This document shows positions 28,564 through 38,140 of a DNA stretch of 64,000 nucleotides, piece by piece. Source of the stretch: an uncultured Gemmatimonadales bacterium (GTDB lineage Bacteria; Gemmatimonadota; Gemmatimonadetes; Palauibacterales; Palauibacteraceae); contig CAWANJ010000001.1 of the NCBI GenBank assembly GCA_963783385.1, forward strand, positions 128,001-192,000. The letters are read 5' to 3'. The first letter of the stretch is position 1. Each line of letters begins with the position of its first letter. The translations under genes were made by a program, and so were the position numbers. The notes below the pieces were generated by a model. It saw nothing but the letters and a program-made list of their open reading frames with translations, had not been told where the DNA came from and made no database searches.

Positions 28564-30489
28564 ATGGGCCAGGACGTCAGCGAGGTCACGGGCGGAGGCG
28601 AGGGCCTTCGCCGCTTCACCCGCCACCTGCTGCGCGACATGGAGGCCCTCGAGACCCTGCTGGAGAGCGACCTCATGGAGCGCGGGCTCAGCCGCATCGG
28701 CGTCGAGCAAGAGGCCTTCCTGGTCGATCGCCACTGGCGTCCCGCGCCGGTGTCCGATGCCGTGCTCGCGGCGGTGGATGATCCACGCGTCGTTCCCGAG
28801 CTCGCTCGCTTCAACATCGAGTTCAACGCCGAGCCACTCCCGTTCGAGGGGGACTGCCTGCGCCGTCTGCACGAGCGGATGCGGGTGCTGCTCGGGGAGA
28901 TCCACCGGGCCGCCCACGAGGCGGGCGCCGAGGTGCTGCTCACCGGCATCCTGCCGACCATCAAGCGCTCCGACTTGACGCTGGAGGCGATGACGCCCCG
29001 GGAGCGCTATCGGCTCCTGAACGAGACGCTCACCCGGCTGCAGAAAGGTGCGTTCGAGTTCTACATCCGGGGTCCGGATGAGCTGCAGCTCCGGCACGAC
29101 TCGATGATGGTGGAGGCGGCCAACACGAGCTTCCAGGTCCACTTCCAGGTCGACCCGGAGAGCTTCGCGCGGCTGTACAACGTGGCCCAGGCCGTGGCGG
29201 GTCCCGTGCTGGCCGTATCCGCCAACTCGCCGCTCCTGTTCGGGAAGCGGCTGTGGCGGGAGACCCGCATCGCCCTGTTCCAGCAATCAGTGGACACCCG
29301 CAAGGGCAAGCCCGACCTGCGCGAGATCCCGCCCCGGGTGACGTTCGGGAGCCGCTGGGTGGAGCGTTCGGTCCTCGAGATCTTCCGAGAGGACATCTCG
29401 CGCTTCAAGTCCCTGTTCGGCACCGAGGTGGAGGAGGACCCGTTCGAGGCCATCGAGGCCGGCCGGGCTCCGGCGCTCGAGGCCCTCACCCTTCACAACG
29501 GAACGGTGTACCGCTGGAACCGGCCCTGCTACGGCCTATCGGGCAACGGGCGGGCCCACCTTCGGATCGAGAACCGCATCCTGCCCTCCGGACCCACCCT
29601 CGTAGACGAGATCGCCAACGCGGCCCTGTGGTTCGGGCTGCTCAGAAGCGTGCCGGAGGAGTACGGGGACATCAGCCGGGTCATGGACTTCCACGACGCA
29701 CGGGGCAACTTCATCGCGGCCGCCAAGTTGGGCATCGGAGCCAACCTGTCCTGGCCGGGTGGCGGCGCGGGTGCGGACGCGCTCATGCGAGACCGACTGC
29801 TCCCGATGGCCCGGGATGGGCTCCGGGAAGCGGGCATCGACGACGCGGACGTGGAGCGGTACCTGGGTGCGGTGCGGCAGCGGGTCGAACGCAAGCGCAC
29901 GGGAGCTTCCTGGCTCCTGGAGTCGCTCGGTGGGATGGGCCGACAGGGCACGCCCGAGGAGCGGCTGCGGGCCCTGACCGGAGCGATCGCCGCGCGGCAG
30001 CGGTCCGACACGCCGGTGGCCGAATGGGAGATGGCGACGCTGGACGAGGGAGGGGGCTGGAAGCCGGGCTTCCAGCGACTCGAGGACTTCATGACCACCG
30101 ACCTGCTCACGGTGAACGAGCACGAAGCGGTAGAGCTGGTGGCCAACCTGATGGTGTGGCACAAGATACGATACGTGCCCGTCGAGGATGACGATCACCG
30201 CCTCGTGGGGCTCGTCACGGACCGCACGCTGCTACGCTTCCTGACCGGGGACGGCTACCGGCGAGCCGAGGGCTCGGTCGCGGTGTCGGACGTCATGCAC
30301 GAGGAGCTGATCACGGCCTCGCCCGACACGCCAACCCTGGAAGCGGTCTCCACCATGAGGAGGCACGGCGTGGCCTGCCTCCCGGTCGTGCACGACGGGC
30401 GGCTGGTCGGCCTGGTGACGGAGCGCGACTTCCTCGGCGTGGCGGGACAGCTCCTGGAGAGCGGTCTCGAGGACGGAGGCGATTCCTGA
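28564..30489 (+). CDS. Glutamate-cysteine ligase-like (GCS2) domain fused to a C-terminal CBS pair
   Basis: 'IGVEQE', 'ELARFNIEFN', 'SFQVHFQV', 'SANSP', 'HNGTVYRWNRPCY', 'LRIENRILP'; two CBS repeats after 'LEDFMTTDL'. Confidence 0.85.
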   Translation: MGQDVSEVTGGGEGLRRFTRHLLRDMEALETLLESDLMERGLSRIGVEQEAFLVDRHWRPAPVSDAVLAAVDDPRVVPELARFNIEFNAEPLPFEGDCLRRLHERMRVLLGEIHRAAHEAGAEVLLTGILPTIKRSDLTLEAMTPRERYRLLNETLTRLQKGAFEFYIRGPDELQLRHDSMMVEAANTSFQVHFQVDPESFARLYNVAQAVAGPVLAVSANSPLLFGKRLWRETRIALFQQSVDTRKGKPDLREIPPRVTFGSRWVERSVLEIFREDISRFKSLFGTEVEEDPFEAIEAGRAPALEALTLHNGTVYRWNRPCYGLSGNGRAHLRIENRILPSGPTLVDEIANAALWFGLLRSVPEEYGDISRVMDFHDARGNFIAAAKLGIGANLSWPGGGAGADALMRDRLLPMARDGLREAGIDDADVERYLGAVRQRVERKRTGASWLLESLGGMGRQGTPEERLRALTGAIAARQRSDTPVAEWEMATLDEGGGWKPGFQRLEDFMTTDLLTVNEHEAVELVANLMVWHKIRYVPVEDDDHRLVGLVTDRTLLRFLTGDGYRRAEGSVAVSDVMHEELITASPDTPTLEAVSTMRRHGVACLPVVHDGRLVGLVTERDFLGVAGQLLESGLEDGGDS

Positions 30490-30549
30490 CCGGGTCGTCG
30501 GCGGGACGGCTGGCGCGGCGGCAAGCCGCGCGAGAAGGGAGCCCCGGCC

Positions 30550-31806
30550 TCAGAAGCCGCGTAGCTCGATCGCCTCCTGCACCCGGGACACGGCCAGCTC
30601 GTAGGCCGCCAACCGGTAGTCGACCCCCTCCTCCCGGGCCCGGCCCCTCACCTCCCGCCAGGCCCGCCCCAGGATCCGCTCCAGGTCACCGTTGACGCGC
30701 TCGACGTCCCAGCGCATGCGCTCACGGTTCTGCACCCACTCCAGGTAGGAGACGATCACCCCACCGGCGTTGGCCAGGATGTCCGGGATCACGGGAACGC
30801 CACGCTCCACGAGGATGGCGTGCGCCTCGCAGGTCGACGGAAGGTTGGCGGCCTCGACCACGAGCCGGGCCCGGACATCCCCGGCGTTCCCTCCGTGGAG
30901 CACGCTCTCGATGGCGGCCGGGATGAGGACATCGACATCCAGGGTGAGGAGATCTTCGTTCGAGACAGGCTCCCCGGGCACTCCGGCCTCGGCGATCGGC
31001 AGCTCGCCGTCCCGGGCACGAGCCTCGAACAGGGCATCGATGTCCAGCCCTCGCTCTCGGTAGAGGCCGCCGTGGACGTCGCTGACCGCCACGACGCGCG
31101 CTCCGAGCCCCGCGAGGAAGCGGGCGGCGTGGCTGCCGACGTTTCCGAAGCCCTGGATCGCCACCGCGGCGCTCCCCAGCTCCAGTCCCTCCTCCTCGCA
31201 GGCCCATGCCGTGACCATCGACACGCCCCGCCCCGTGGCCTCGGTGCGGCCGAGGGAGCCCCCGAGCTGGATCGGCTTCCCGGTGACCACGCCGGGCTCG
31301 TAGCCGTGCCGGACCGCGTAGGCATCGAAGATCCACGCCATCTGGCGGGAGCCCGTCCCCACGTCCGGCGCCGGGATGTCGCGGTTCGGGCCGATGACCT
31401 CGTCCATCCTCTCGGTGAAGCGCTTCGTCAGGGTCTCGAGCTCGGAGGCCGTGAGCTCGTGCGGGTCGCAGTCGATGCCACCCTTGGCCCCCCCGAACGG
31501 AATGTCCGCGACGGCCGTCTTCCAGGTCATCACGGCCGCGAGGGCCCGGAAGTGGTCCATGTCGACGGAGGGATGGAACCGGAGGCCGCCCTTGAAGGGC
31601 CCGCGAGCGTTGTCGTGCTGGACCCGGTAGCCCGCGTAGACCCGGAGCTCGCCGCCCTCGCGCACCAGGGGCAACTCGACCATCACCTCGCGATAGGGAC
31701 CGCGCAGGAGCTGGCGCATGGACGGCGTGAGCTCGAGTCGATCCAGGGCCGCATCGAGGAAGGTGTCGCTGCACTCGAGCGGCGAATGCGGGCCGGAGTC
31801 AGGCAT
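30550..31806 (-). CDS. gdhA: Glu/Leu/Phe/Val dehydrogenase (glutamate dehydrogenase-like)
   Basis: 'YRVQH...GPFKGGLRFHP', 'GGAKGG', 'DIPAPDV', 'EATGRG', 'QGFGNVG', 'PDILANAGGV..SY.EWVQN'. Confidence 0.92.
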   Translation of the reverse strand: MPDSGPHSPLECSDTFLDAALDRLELTPSMRQLLRGPYREVMVELPLVREGGELRVYAGYRVQHDNARGPFKGGLRFHPSVDMDHFRALAAVMTWKTAVADIPFGGAKGGIDCDPHELTASELETLTKRFTERMDEVIGPNRDIPAPDVGTGSRQMAWIFDAYAVRHGYEPGVVTGKPIQLGGSLGRTEATGRGVSMVTAWACEEEGLELGSAAVAIQGFGNVGSHAARFLAGLGARVVAVSDVHGGLYRERGLDIDALFEARARDGELPIAEAGVPGEPVSNEDLLTLDVDVLIPAAIESVLHGGNAGDVRARLVVEAANLPSTCEAHAILVERGVPVIPDILANAGGVIVSYLEWVQNRERMRWDVERVNGDLERILGRAWREVRGRAREEGVDYRLAAYELAVSRVQEAIELRGF

Positions 31807-31902
31807 GGAGAGGTCCTCTTCGAAGGGAGCGTGGCATCCGGCGCGGCCGGCTCACCCGGCCGCGTTCGTTCGGGACGGTTCGTCGGCGTCGGAGAATCCC
31901 GG

Positions 31903-33606
31903 TCAGGATCTGTCGCCGGAGGGGCTGCCGCCCGATCGGCGGCCCTTCCAAAGGGCGGCCAGCAATCCCCCCGCGGCCGCGAGCGCCGCCGCCCAGCCGA
32001 CCACGTCTCCCCAGCGGTCGTACAGCGTTCGCCCGTCCGTCGTCCACACGGTGCCCAGGAAAGCGGCGGGGGTGAACAGCCCGGTCTCGTGGCTCACCCG
32101 GCCGAGCGGGTCCACGATCTCGGAGATGCCGGTGTTGGCCGAGCGCACCGCGCCCACGCGGCTCTCGATGGACCGCATCACGAGGTGCGCCGGGTGCTGC
32201 CACAGGGCGCTGGTCCGGCTCCACCAGGGCTTGGCGCGCCCGAACCAGGCGTCGTTCGTGATGTTGACCAGGAAGTCGGCGCCTTCGTTCCTGTACAGCC
32301 GGGCGCGCTGGGCGAAGACGTCCTCGTAGCAGATCAGAACGCCGAAGCGCCCGCCGTCCGAGCGGAACACGGGCGCCGTCTCCCCGCGGGAGAACCACCC
32401 GAAGTACGGGAGCCGGTCCAGCCACGCCGGAGGGATGAACGGGACCCGCTCCACGACCGGCACCAGGTAGTGCTTGTCGTAGCGCCCGATGAGCCGACCC
32501 GCGGTGTCGGTGAGGAAGGCCGAGTTATACAGGGCATAATGGGCATGGTTCAGGTCCTTCGTACCGAACGCCCCGAACAGGAGCTGAACGTCGAGGCCCC
32601 GCGCCACCCGCTGCACGGCGCGCGCGACGTCGGGGCGGCCCGGCCAGCCCACCGACGGGATGCGCTCGATCCGGACCGGGAACACGCCCTCCGGCAGCAC
32701 AACGAGTTGTACACTGTCCGCGTGCGGCAGGAGGCTGTCGGCCGACAGACGGTAGAAGGCCGTCATGCCGGAATCCGTGGCGGCGTCGGACTTCATCTTC
32801 ACGTCCTCCGGCACGTCGGGCTGGATGACCCCGACCCGCGCGGCCGGCCGCAGGTCGAGCGTCGACCAGCGGACGAGGGAGTAGCCGATCGGCAGCGCCA
32901 CCGCCACCACGAGACCGAGGACCGGCCCGCGCAGCCGCCGGCCCGCGCCCGTCATCGCGCCCTCGCCCCCCGATCCCGCCCTGCCGCCCCCGGCGGCCGA
33001 AGCGCGTCCTCCCGGCCCCGCCCCGGAGGACCGCCACGCCAGCCACACCTCGGCCCCCAGCCCGCCGACGAGGGCGAGCCAGAAGGACACGCCGAGGGAG
33101 CCCACCAGGTCGGCCGAGCCGACGAGGCGGGGCGTGGTAGCCAGCGAGTCCCCCAGCTGCATCCAGGGGAAGGATACGGGTCCCAGATGACCGCGCAGCC
33201 ACTCGAGTGCCGTCCAGAACACGGGCAGGGCCACCCACAACGGCCAGCGCAGGCGGCCGCGCACCAGGCGCATCGCCTCGCTCCCCGCCGCCAGGAAGCC
33301 CGACAGGATCAGCACCGGCAGCACGAATGCGAGGACGGCGAGGGGCGTGTAGTAGATCAGCGAGGTGAGCAGCCAGTAGAACACGAGCGTATAGTAGATC
33401 AGACCCAGGAAGAAGCCCCCCCGCAGCGCCTCGCTCCTGCCCTCCGCGTCGTCCGATGGCAGCCCCTCGACCCACACGGCGTAGGGAACCAGCGCCACAA
33501 AAGAGGGGAGCACTAGATGGAAGGGGGGGAAGGCGACGCCCAGCAGGACGCCGCTCAGGAGGAGGGGCCCGGGCCGGCGGGGGACACGCGGTAAGCGGAG
33601 CCTCAC
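31903..33606 (-). CDS. lnt: Apolipoprotein N-acyltransferase
   Basis: TM N-terminus, 'EWLR...FPW', E-K-C triad (LPEG, YDKHYLVP, ICYED), 'NITNDAWF', 'SANTGIS'. Confidence 0.93.
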   Translation of the reverse strand: MRLRLPRVPRRPGPLLLSGVLLGVAFPPFHLVLPSFVALVPYAVWVEGLPSDDAEGRSEALRGGFFLGLIYYTLVFYWLLTSLIYYTPLAVLAFVLPVLILSGFLAAGSEAMRLVRGRLRWPLWVALPVFWTALEWLRGHLGPVSFPWMQLGDSLATTPRLVGSADLVGSLGVSFWLALVGGLGAEVWLAWRSSGAGPGGRASAAGGGRAGSGGEGAMTGAGRRLRGPVLGLVVAVALPIGYSLVRWSTLDLRPAARVGVIQPDVPEDVKMKSDAATDSGMTAFYRLSADSLLPHADSVQLVVLPEGVFPVRIERIPSVGWPGRPDVARAVQRVARGLDVQLLFGAFGTKDLNHAHYALYNSAFLTDTAGRLIGRYDKHYLVPVVERVPFIPPAWLDRLPYFGWFSRGETAPVFRSDGGRFGVLICYEDVFAQRARLYRNEGADFLVNITNDAWFGRAKPWWSRTSALWQHPAHLVMRSIESRVGAVRSANTGISEIVDPLGRVSHETGLFTPAAFLGTVWTTDGRTLYDRWGDVVGWAAALAAAGGLLAALWKGRRSGGSPSGDRS

Positions 33607-34604
33607 ACCTCCACCTCGCGCTGCTCCTCGACCGACCGATAACAGGCTTCGAGCACCTCGAGCAGGTGCACCTGATCGACGGCCGACTCCCGGGGACGCT
33701 CTCCCCGGACGCGGCGCAGGAAGTAGGCCCACTCCTGACGATAGGCGGTCGTGTACAACGCTCCCGGGCTGACATCCAGCGGCGGGGTGACGTCCGTGAG
33801 GCCCGTCTCGAGCTCCCTGATCACCCGGAAGGGCGAGGTCGACGCGGAGCCCATCGTGCCGAGCGCGTAGAGGGAATGCCGATCCCGCTCCTCCATGAGC
33901 TCCCAGGTGACCTCGACGCTGACCGTGCGCCCGCCCTCGACGGACATGAGCACAGCGGCCGAGTCCTCGACCTCATCCCGGAGGTGCACGCGGGCGCTCA
34001 CCCGCTCCACCCTCGCGAAGCCGAGTAGCCACAGCGCCACGTCGATGGCCTGGACCCCCAGGTCCATGAGCACGCCACCTCCCGCGCGGCGTGCCTGGCG
34101 GCGCCAGCCACGCCCGGGACGGCGCATCCTGTGGTTGAGCCACGAGGTGCGGGTGAAGAACACGTCCCCGAGCTCGCCGCTGGCCACGAACTGGCGAATG
34201 GCCCGCGTGTCGTAGCGGAAGCGCTGGTTGAGGGCCACCATGAGCTGGCGCTCGGCCTTCTCCGACGCCTCGATCATGCGGGTCGCCGAGGCACTCGTGG
34301 TCGACAGGGGGCGCTCGCACATCACGTGCAGTCCCATCTCCAGGCACGCGACGGAGACCTCCTCGTGCACGTCGTTGGGGGTGCACACCACCACGGCGTC
34401 GAGGCCGTCGATGGCCTCCAGCTCACCGAAGTCCTCCAGCACCGTGGGAACCCCGAAGCGCTCGGCGATGGTGGACGCCTTGTCCCGATGGGGATCCACC
34501 AGCGCCACGACCTCGAGATCGGGGAGCCTGCGCAGGATGGGCAGGTGTACGACCTGGGCGACGCCTCCGGCTCCGATCACCGCCACACGAACATCTCTCG
34601 CCAT
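33603..34604 (-). CDS. Gfo/Idh/MocA-family oxidoreductase
   Basis: 'VAVIGAGG', 'CTPNDVH', 'CERP' (EKP variant), 'GGGVLMDLGVQAID'. Confidence 0.9.
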   Translation of the reverse strand: MARDVRVAVIGAGGVAQVVHLPILRRLPDLEVVALVDPHRDKASTIAERFGVPTVLEDFGELEAIDGLDAVVVCTPNDVHEEVSVACLEMGLHVMCERPLSTTSASATRMIEASEKAERQLMVALNQRFRYDTRAIRQFVASGELGDVFFTRTSWLNHRMRRPGRGWRRQARRAGGGVLMDLGVQAIDVALWLLGFARVERVSARVHLRDEVEDSAAVLMSVEGGRTVSVEVTWELMEERDRHSLYALGTMGSASTSPFRVIRELETGLTDVTPPLDVSPGALYTTAYRQEWAYFLRRVRGERPRESAVDQVHLLEVLEACYRSVEEQREVEV

Positions 34605-34639
34605 GCGCGTCCTCCCCTGCGAGGGCCTTCCTCGGCCGC

Positions 34640-36070
34640 CTAGTAGGCGGTCCGGAGCTCGGCGCCCGGATAATAGGCCGCCAGAATGTGACCGTACGTC
34701 TGCCCGGCGCGGGCGCGGCCGATGGCACCCCACTGACACATGCCGACGCCGTGGCCGTTGCCGCGCCCGCGGACCGTCAGCCCGCCGGAGCCGGTGTCGG
34801 GCGCCGTTTCGATCTGGAAAAGGGTCGAGGGGAGCACCTTCCCGTCGGGCCGGAGCAGAACGAACCGCACATCGTTGCGCTCGACCACGTAACGGCCGCC
34901 CTCCGTTCGGATCTCCAGCGCGGCGACCCGGCCGCTCGGCGTCCTCCCGAGCACCCTCAGCGCGGTGACCCGGTCCGTCCGGGAGACCGGAGAACCGTAG
35001 TAGGACGACAGGCCCGAGTCGAGGGCGTGCGCCAGCTCCGCGGCCGTCCAGCGCACCTCCCACACGTGTCGCGGGTCGGAAGCCCCCCAGTCCTCTCCGT
35101 TGGAGGCCGTGTCCGCGACCGACTGAAGGTAGGGCGCGTCCGGGAGGTTCCAGACCTCGTCCACCCGCGCGGTCCGACCTCCACCGTCCGCGTGGTAGTA
35201 GGCGCGAATCGGCCGATCGCGCCAGGTGAGCACCTGGCCGCGCGTGGCTCGGACGGCCCGCGTCGCCTCGGGGCGCTCGGCCTCGACCCCGCCGTACACC
35301 TGATCCTCCACGCTCGAGAACAGGTCGAACCCGAGGCTGTCGCGGCGGCCCAGGTTGGCCAGCGCGTACGTGCGGGCCGCCACCGCCTGTGCCCGGACCG
35401 CCGCCTCCTCGGCGGGACCGCGCGGTCCGATCTCGAGCGGGACGACGCCGAGCAGGTAGTGTTCGAGTCGCACGCGATTGATGAGGACCAGGCCCCGGTC
35501 GGGCAGGGCCAGGACCTCGACTCCGCCCCGGTACGTCCGGCCGTCGACACGGACCGCACCGGAATCGCGCCGGGACTCGAACAGCAGGTCCTGCCGGGGC
35601 CCCGCCGCCGCGTCGGCCTGGCCCGGCCCGCCATCTCCCCCGCCCGGCCCCGCACCCGCGGCCGCCACCGGAAGGGCCTCGAGGCCGCCCGGCACCATCC
35701 GGATCGTCCACCGCCCCGACTCGGCTGCCAGCCTCCTGCCCGTAGCCAGGTCCCGGGCCCGGAGGCCGGCCTCCGCGGACACCTCGATCGAGTCCAGACC
35801 CACGGCCAGGCCGACGCGCAGGTAGGGCTGGCGACGGGGAAGACGTGGTTCCGTCTCGCCGGTGGCGGCGCCTGCCCGAGCTCCGGGGGCGGCGCCGCCC
35901 ACCGTACCGCCCGCGCGCGTGGTGTCCGTGGCGGGCGGCGCGGCCCCCGCTCCGCTCGGCCCCGAGGCCGGAGCCAGGCTCGCGCATCCCAGCCCGAGCA
36001 GCGCCGCCAGGACGGCCCCGCTCCGGGCCCGCCCCGAACGCGCCCGGTCAGCCGTCGGCGAGCGCGGCAT
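34640..36070 (-). CDS. SpoIID/LytB-domain lipoprotein
   Basis: Lipobox-like LGLGC; 'YRG...LEHYLLGVVPLEI', 'AQAVAARTYA', 'DQVYGG', 'GNGHGVGMCQWGA...IL..YY'. Confidence 0.9.
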   Translation of the reverse strand: MPRSPTADRARSGRARSGAVLAALLGLGCASLAPASGPSGAGAAPPATDTTRAGGTVGGAAPGARAGAATGETEPRLPRRQPYLRVGLAVGLDSIEVSAEAGLRARDLATGRRLAAESGRWTIRMVPGGLEALPVAAAGAGPGGGDGGPGQADAAAGPRQDLLFESRRDSGAVRVDGRTYRGGVEVLALPDRGLVLINRVRLEHYLLGVVPLEIGPRGPAEEAAVRAQAVAARTYALANLGRRDSLGFDLFSSVEDQVYGGVEAERPEATRAVRATRGQVLTWRDRPIRAYYHADGGGRTARVDEVWNLPDAPYLQSVADTASNGEDWGASDPRHVWEVRWTAAELAHALDSGLSSYYGSPVSRTDRVTALRVLGRTPSGRVAALEIRTEGGRYVVERNDVRFVLLRPDGKVLPSTLFQIETAPDTGSGGLTVRGRGNGHGVGMCQWGAIGRARAGQTYGHILAAYYPGAELRTAY

Positions 36071-37338
36071 CCATGGCCTGTCCGATGACCTCGAGGGTGC
36101 GGTCGATCTCCTCGTCGCCGTGGGCGGTCGACAGGAAGCCCACTTCGAACGCCGACGGCGCGATGAACACGCCCCGATCGAGACACCCGCGGAAGTAGCG
36201 GGCGAAGAAGTCCGTGTCGGTCCCCCGGGCCTCCGCGAAGTTGCGCACGGGTCCTTCCCGGAAATAGACACCCCACATCGAACCGACCGACGAGCCCGTC
36301 ACTGGCACGCCGCGTTCGCGCGCGGCCTCCACGATGCCCCGCACCAGGCGGGCCGTCCGTCGCTCCAGGTCGTCGAACGGATCGTCGCGCTCCAGCACGG
36401 CCAGCTGCGCGTTACCGGCGGCCATGGCCAGGGGATTACCGCTCAGGGTGCCGGCCTGGTAGACGGGACCGACGGGAGCCACGCGCTCCATGAGCTCCCG
36501 CCGGCCCCCGAAGGCGGCGACCGGGAGACCGGCGCCCAGCACCTTGCCCAGCGTGGTGAGGTCCGGCTCGATCCCCCAGCGCTCCTGGGCTCCGCCCCGA
36601 GCCACGCGGAAGCCGGTCATGACTTCGTCGAAGATGAGCAGGGCCCCGTCCTCCCGGGTGACCTCCCGGAGCCCTTCCAGGAACCCGTCCGCCGGCGGGA
36701 TCAGGCCCGCGTTGCCGACCACCGGCTCGACGATCACGGCGGCGATGCGCCTCCGGTAGCTCGCGAACGCTTCGCGTACGGCCTCCAGGTCGTTGTAGGG
36801 GACGGTGACCGTCAGACCGGACAGGGCCGCCGGCACCCCCGGCGAATCGGGGAGCCCCAGGGTCGCCACCCCCGAGCCGGCTTTCACCAGGAAGGAGTCG
36901 CCGTGGCCGTGGTAGCAGCCTTCAAACTTGAGGAGGAGGTCCCGGCCGGTGATGCCCCGCGCCAGACGGACCGCCGACATGGTCGCCTCGGTGCCGCTGC
37001 TCACGAACCGGATCATGTCGATGGACGGGAACCAGCCGACCACGCGCTCGGCCAGCTCGACCTCCCCCGGGACCGGCGTTCCGTAGCTCATCCCGCGGGC
37101 CGCGGCCTCCTGCACGGCCGCCACCACCTCCGGGTGGGCGTGCCCCAGGATCGAGGGGCCCCCACGACAGCACGTAGTCCAGGTAGCGTCGGCCCTCCGT
37201 GTCGATCAGCCAGGCTCCCTCGCCATGCTCGGCGAAGAAGGGCACCCCGCCCACGGCCCGGAAGGCCCGTACGGGCGAGCTCACGCCGCCCGGCAGAAGG
37301 CGGCGCGCCTTCTCCCACAGACGATCCCGACCGGTCAC
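36048..37338 (-). CDS. hemL: Glutamate-1-semialdehyde 2,1-aminomutase, +1 frameshift near 37152
   Basis: '[11 protein letters not shown]...DYVLSWGP' in one frame; 'SGTEATM', 'GCYHGH', 'FDEVMTGFR', 'LGKVLG' in the next; removing one base at TCGA 37151-37154 gives WGPLILGH. Confidence 0.93.
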
Positions 37339-37378
37339 CGATCCCGTCCCCTGCGGGGGAACCCCGCCGCGGGGCGTC

Positions 37379-38140
37379 TCATCCGGAGAACACGTCCACT
37401 CCGGCCGGCGGCGTGAACCGAAACAGCGAGTCCGCGATCGCGACATCCGGGTGGAGGTGGCTCAGGGTCACGGTTCGCACCGTCCCGTTCTCCTCGGTGA
37501 TCTCGAAGCGACGTACCAGGACGTCGTCGGCCCCCACCCATACCCGGACCTTCCTGTAAGTGGTGGAAGCCTGCTCCAGGGGCGTGAGCTCCACCCGGCA
37601 CGTGGTGATCCCGTCGATCGTCTCGGGCCCTTGCGACTTCGCATCGTAGCCGGACCGCGCCTCGCGGAAGATCCGACCCTCCAGGTCCACCATGGCCACC
37701 CCGGTCGGGTCGCCCTCCAGTGTCGTGCGCACGACCTGCCCCGGGTTCGTGCTCGGGTAGTAGAGCCACAGGTGCGCGCCGTCGGCCACGATGAGGTCAC
37801 CGGCCGGCTCGACGAAGTCCATGCGGAAGCGCGCCCTGCCCTCCTGGTACCAGGTGCCGTGGCCCTCGCGGGACTTGTCCAGGAGGGGGATCTCGATCGT
37901 CTGCTCGAACCGAGCCCGCAGGCTGTGGAGCGAATCGTAGCGCGCCTCGGCGCGCCCGAGGAGCGCGTGGACGTCACCCGAGCAGCAGGAGGCCCCGCAC
38001 GGCTGCACGATCGGCCGCCGGTCCGCCGGGCGCGCGGCCAGGGCCGCCGCCGGGACGGCGCTCGCGAGCAGCGCGGCGGCCGCGGCGGCGAGCCCGAATC
38101 CCGTCGCGCGAGCGCGTGCCTCAATCCAACCCATCACCAC
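37379..38140 (-). CDS. lolA: Outer-membrane lipoprotein carrier LolA
   Basis: 'LRARFEQ', 'FRMDF', 'IVADG.HLWLYYP', '[11 protein letters not shown]'; follows ftsK. Confidence 0.85.
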   Translation of the reverse strand: MVMGWIEARARATGFGLAAAAAALLASAVPAAALAARPADRRPIVQPCGASCCSGDVHALLGRAEARYDSLHSLRARFEQTIEIPLLDKSREGHGTWYQEGRARFRMDFVEPAGDLIVADGAHLWLYYPSTNPGQVVRTTLEGDPTGVAMVDLEGRIFREARSGYDAKSQGPETIDGITTCRVELTPLEQASTTYRKVRVWVGADDVLVRRFEITEENGTVRTVTLSHLHPDVAIADSLFRFTPPAGVDVFSG

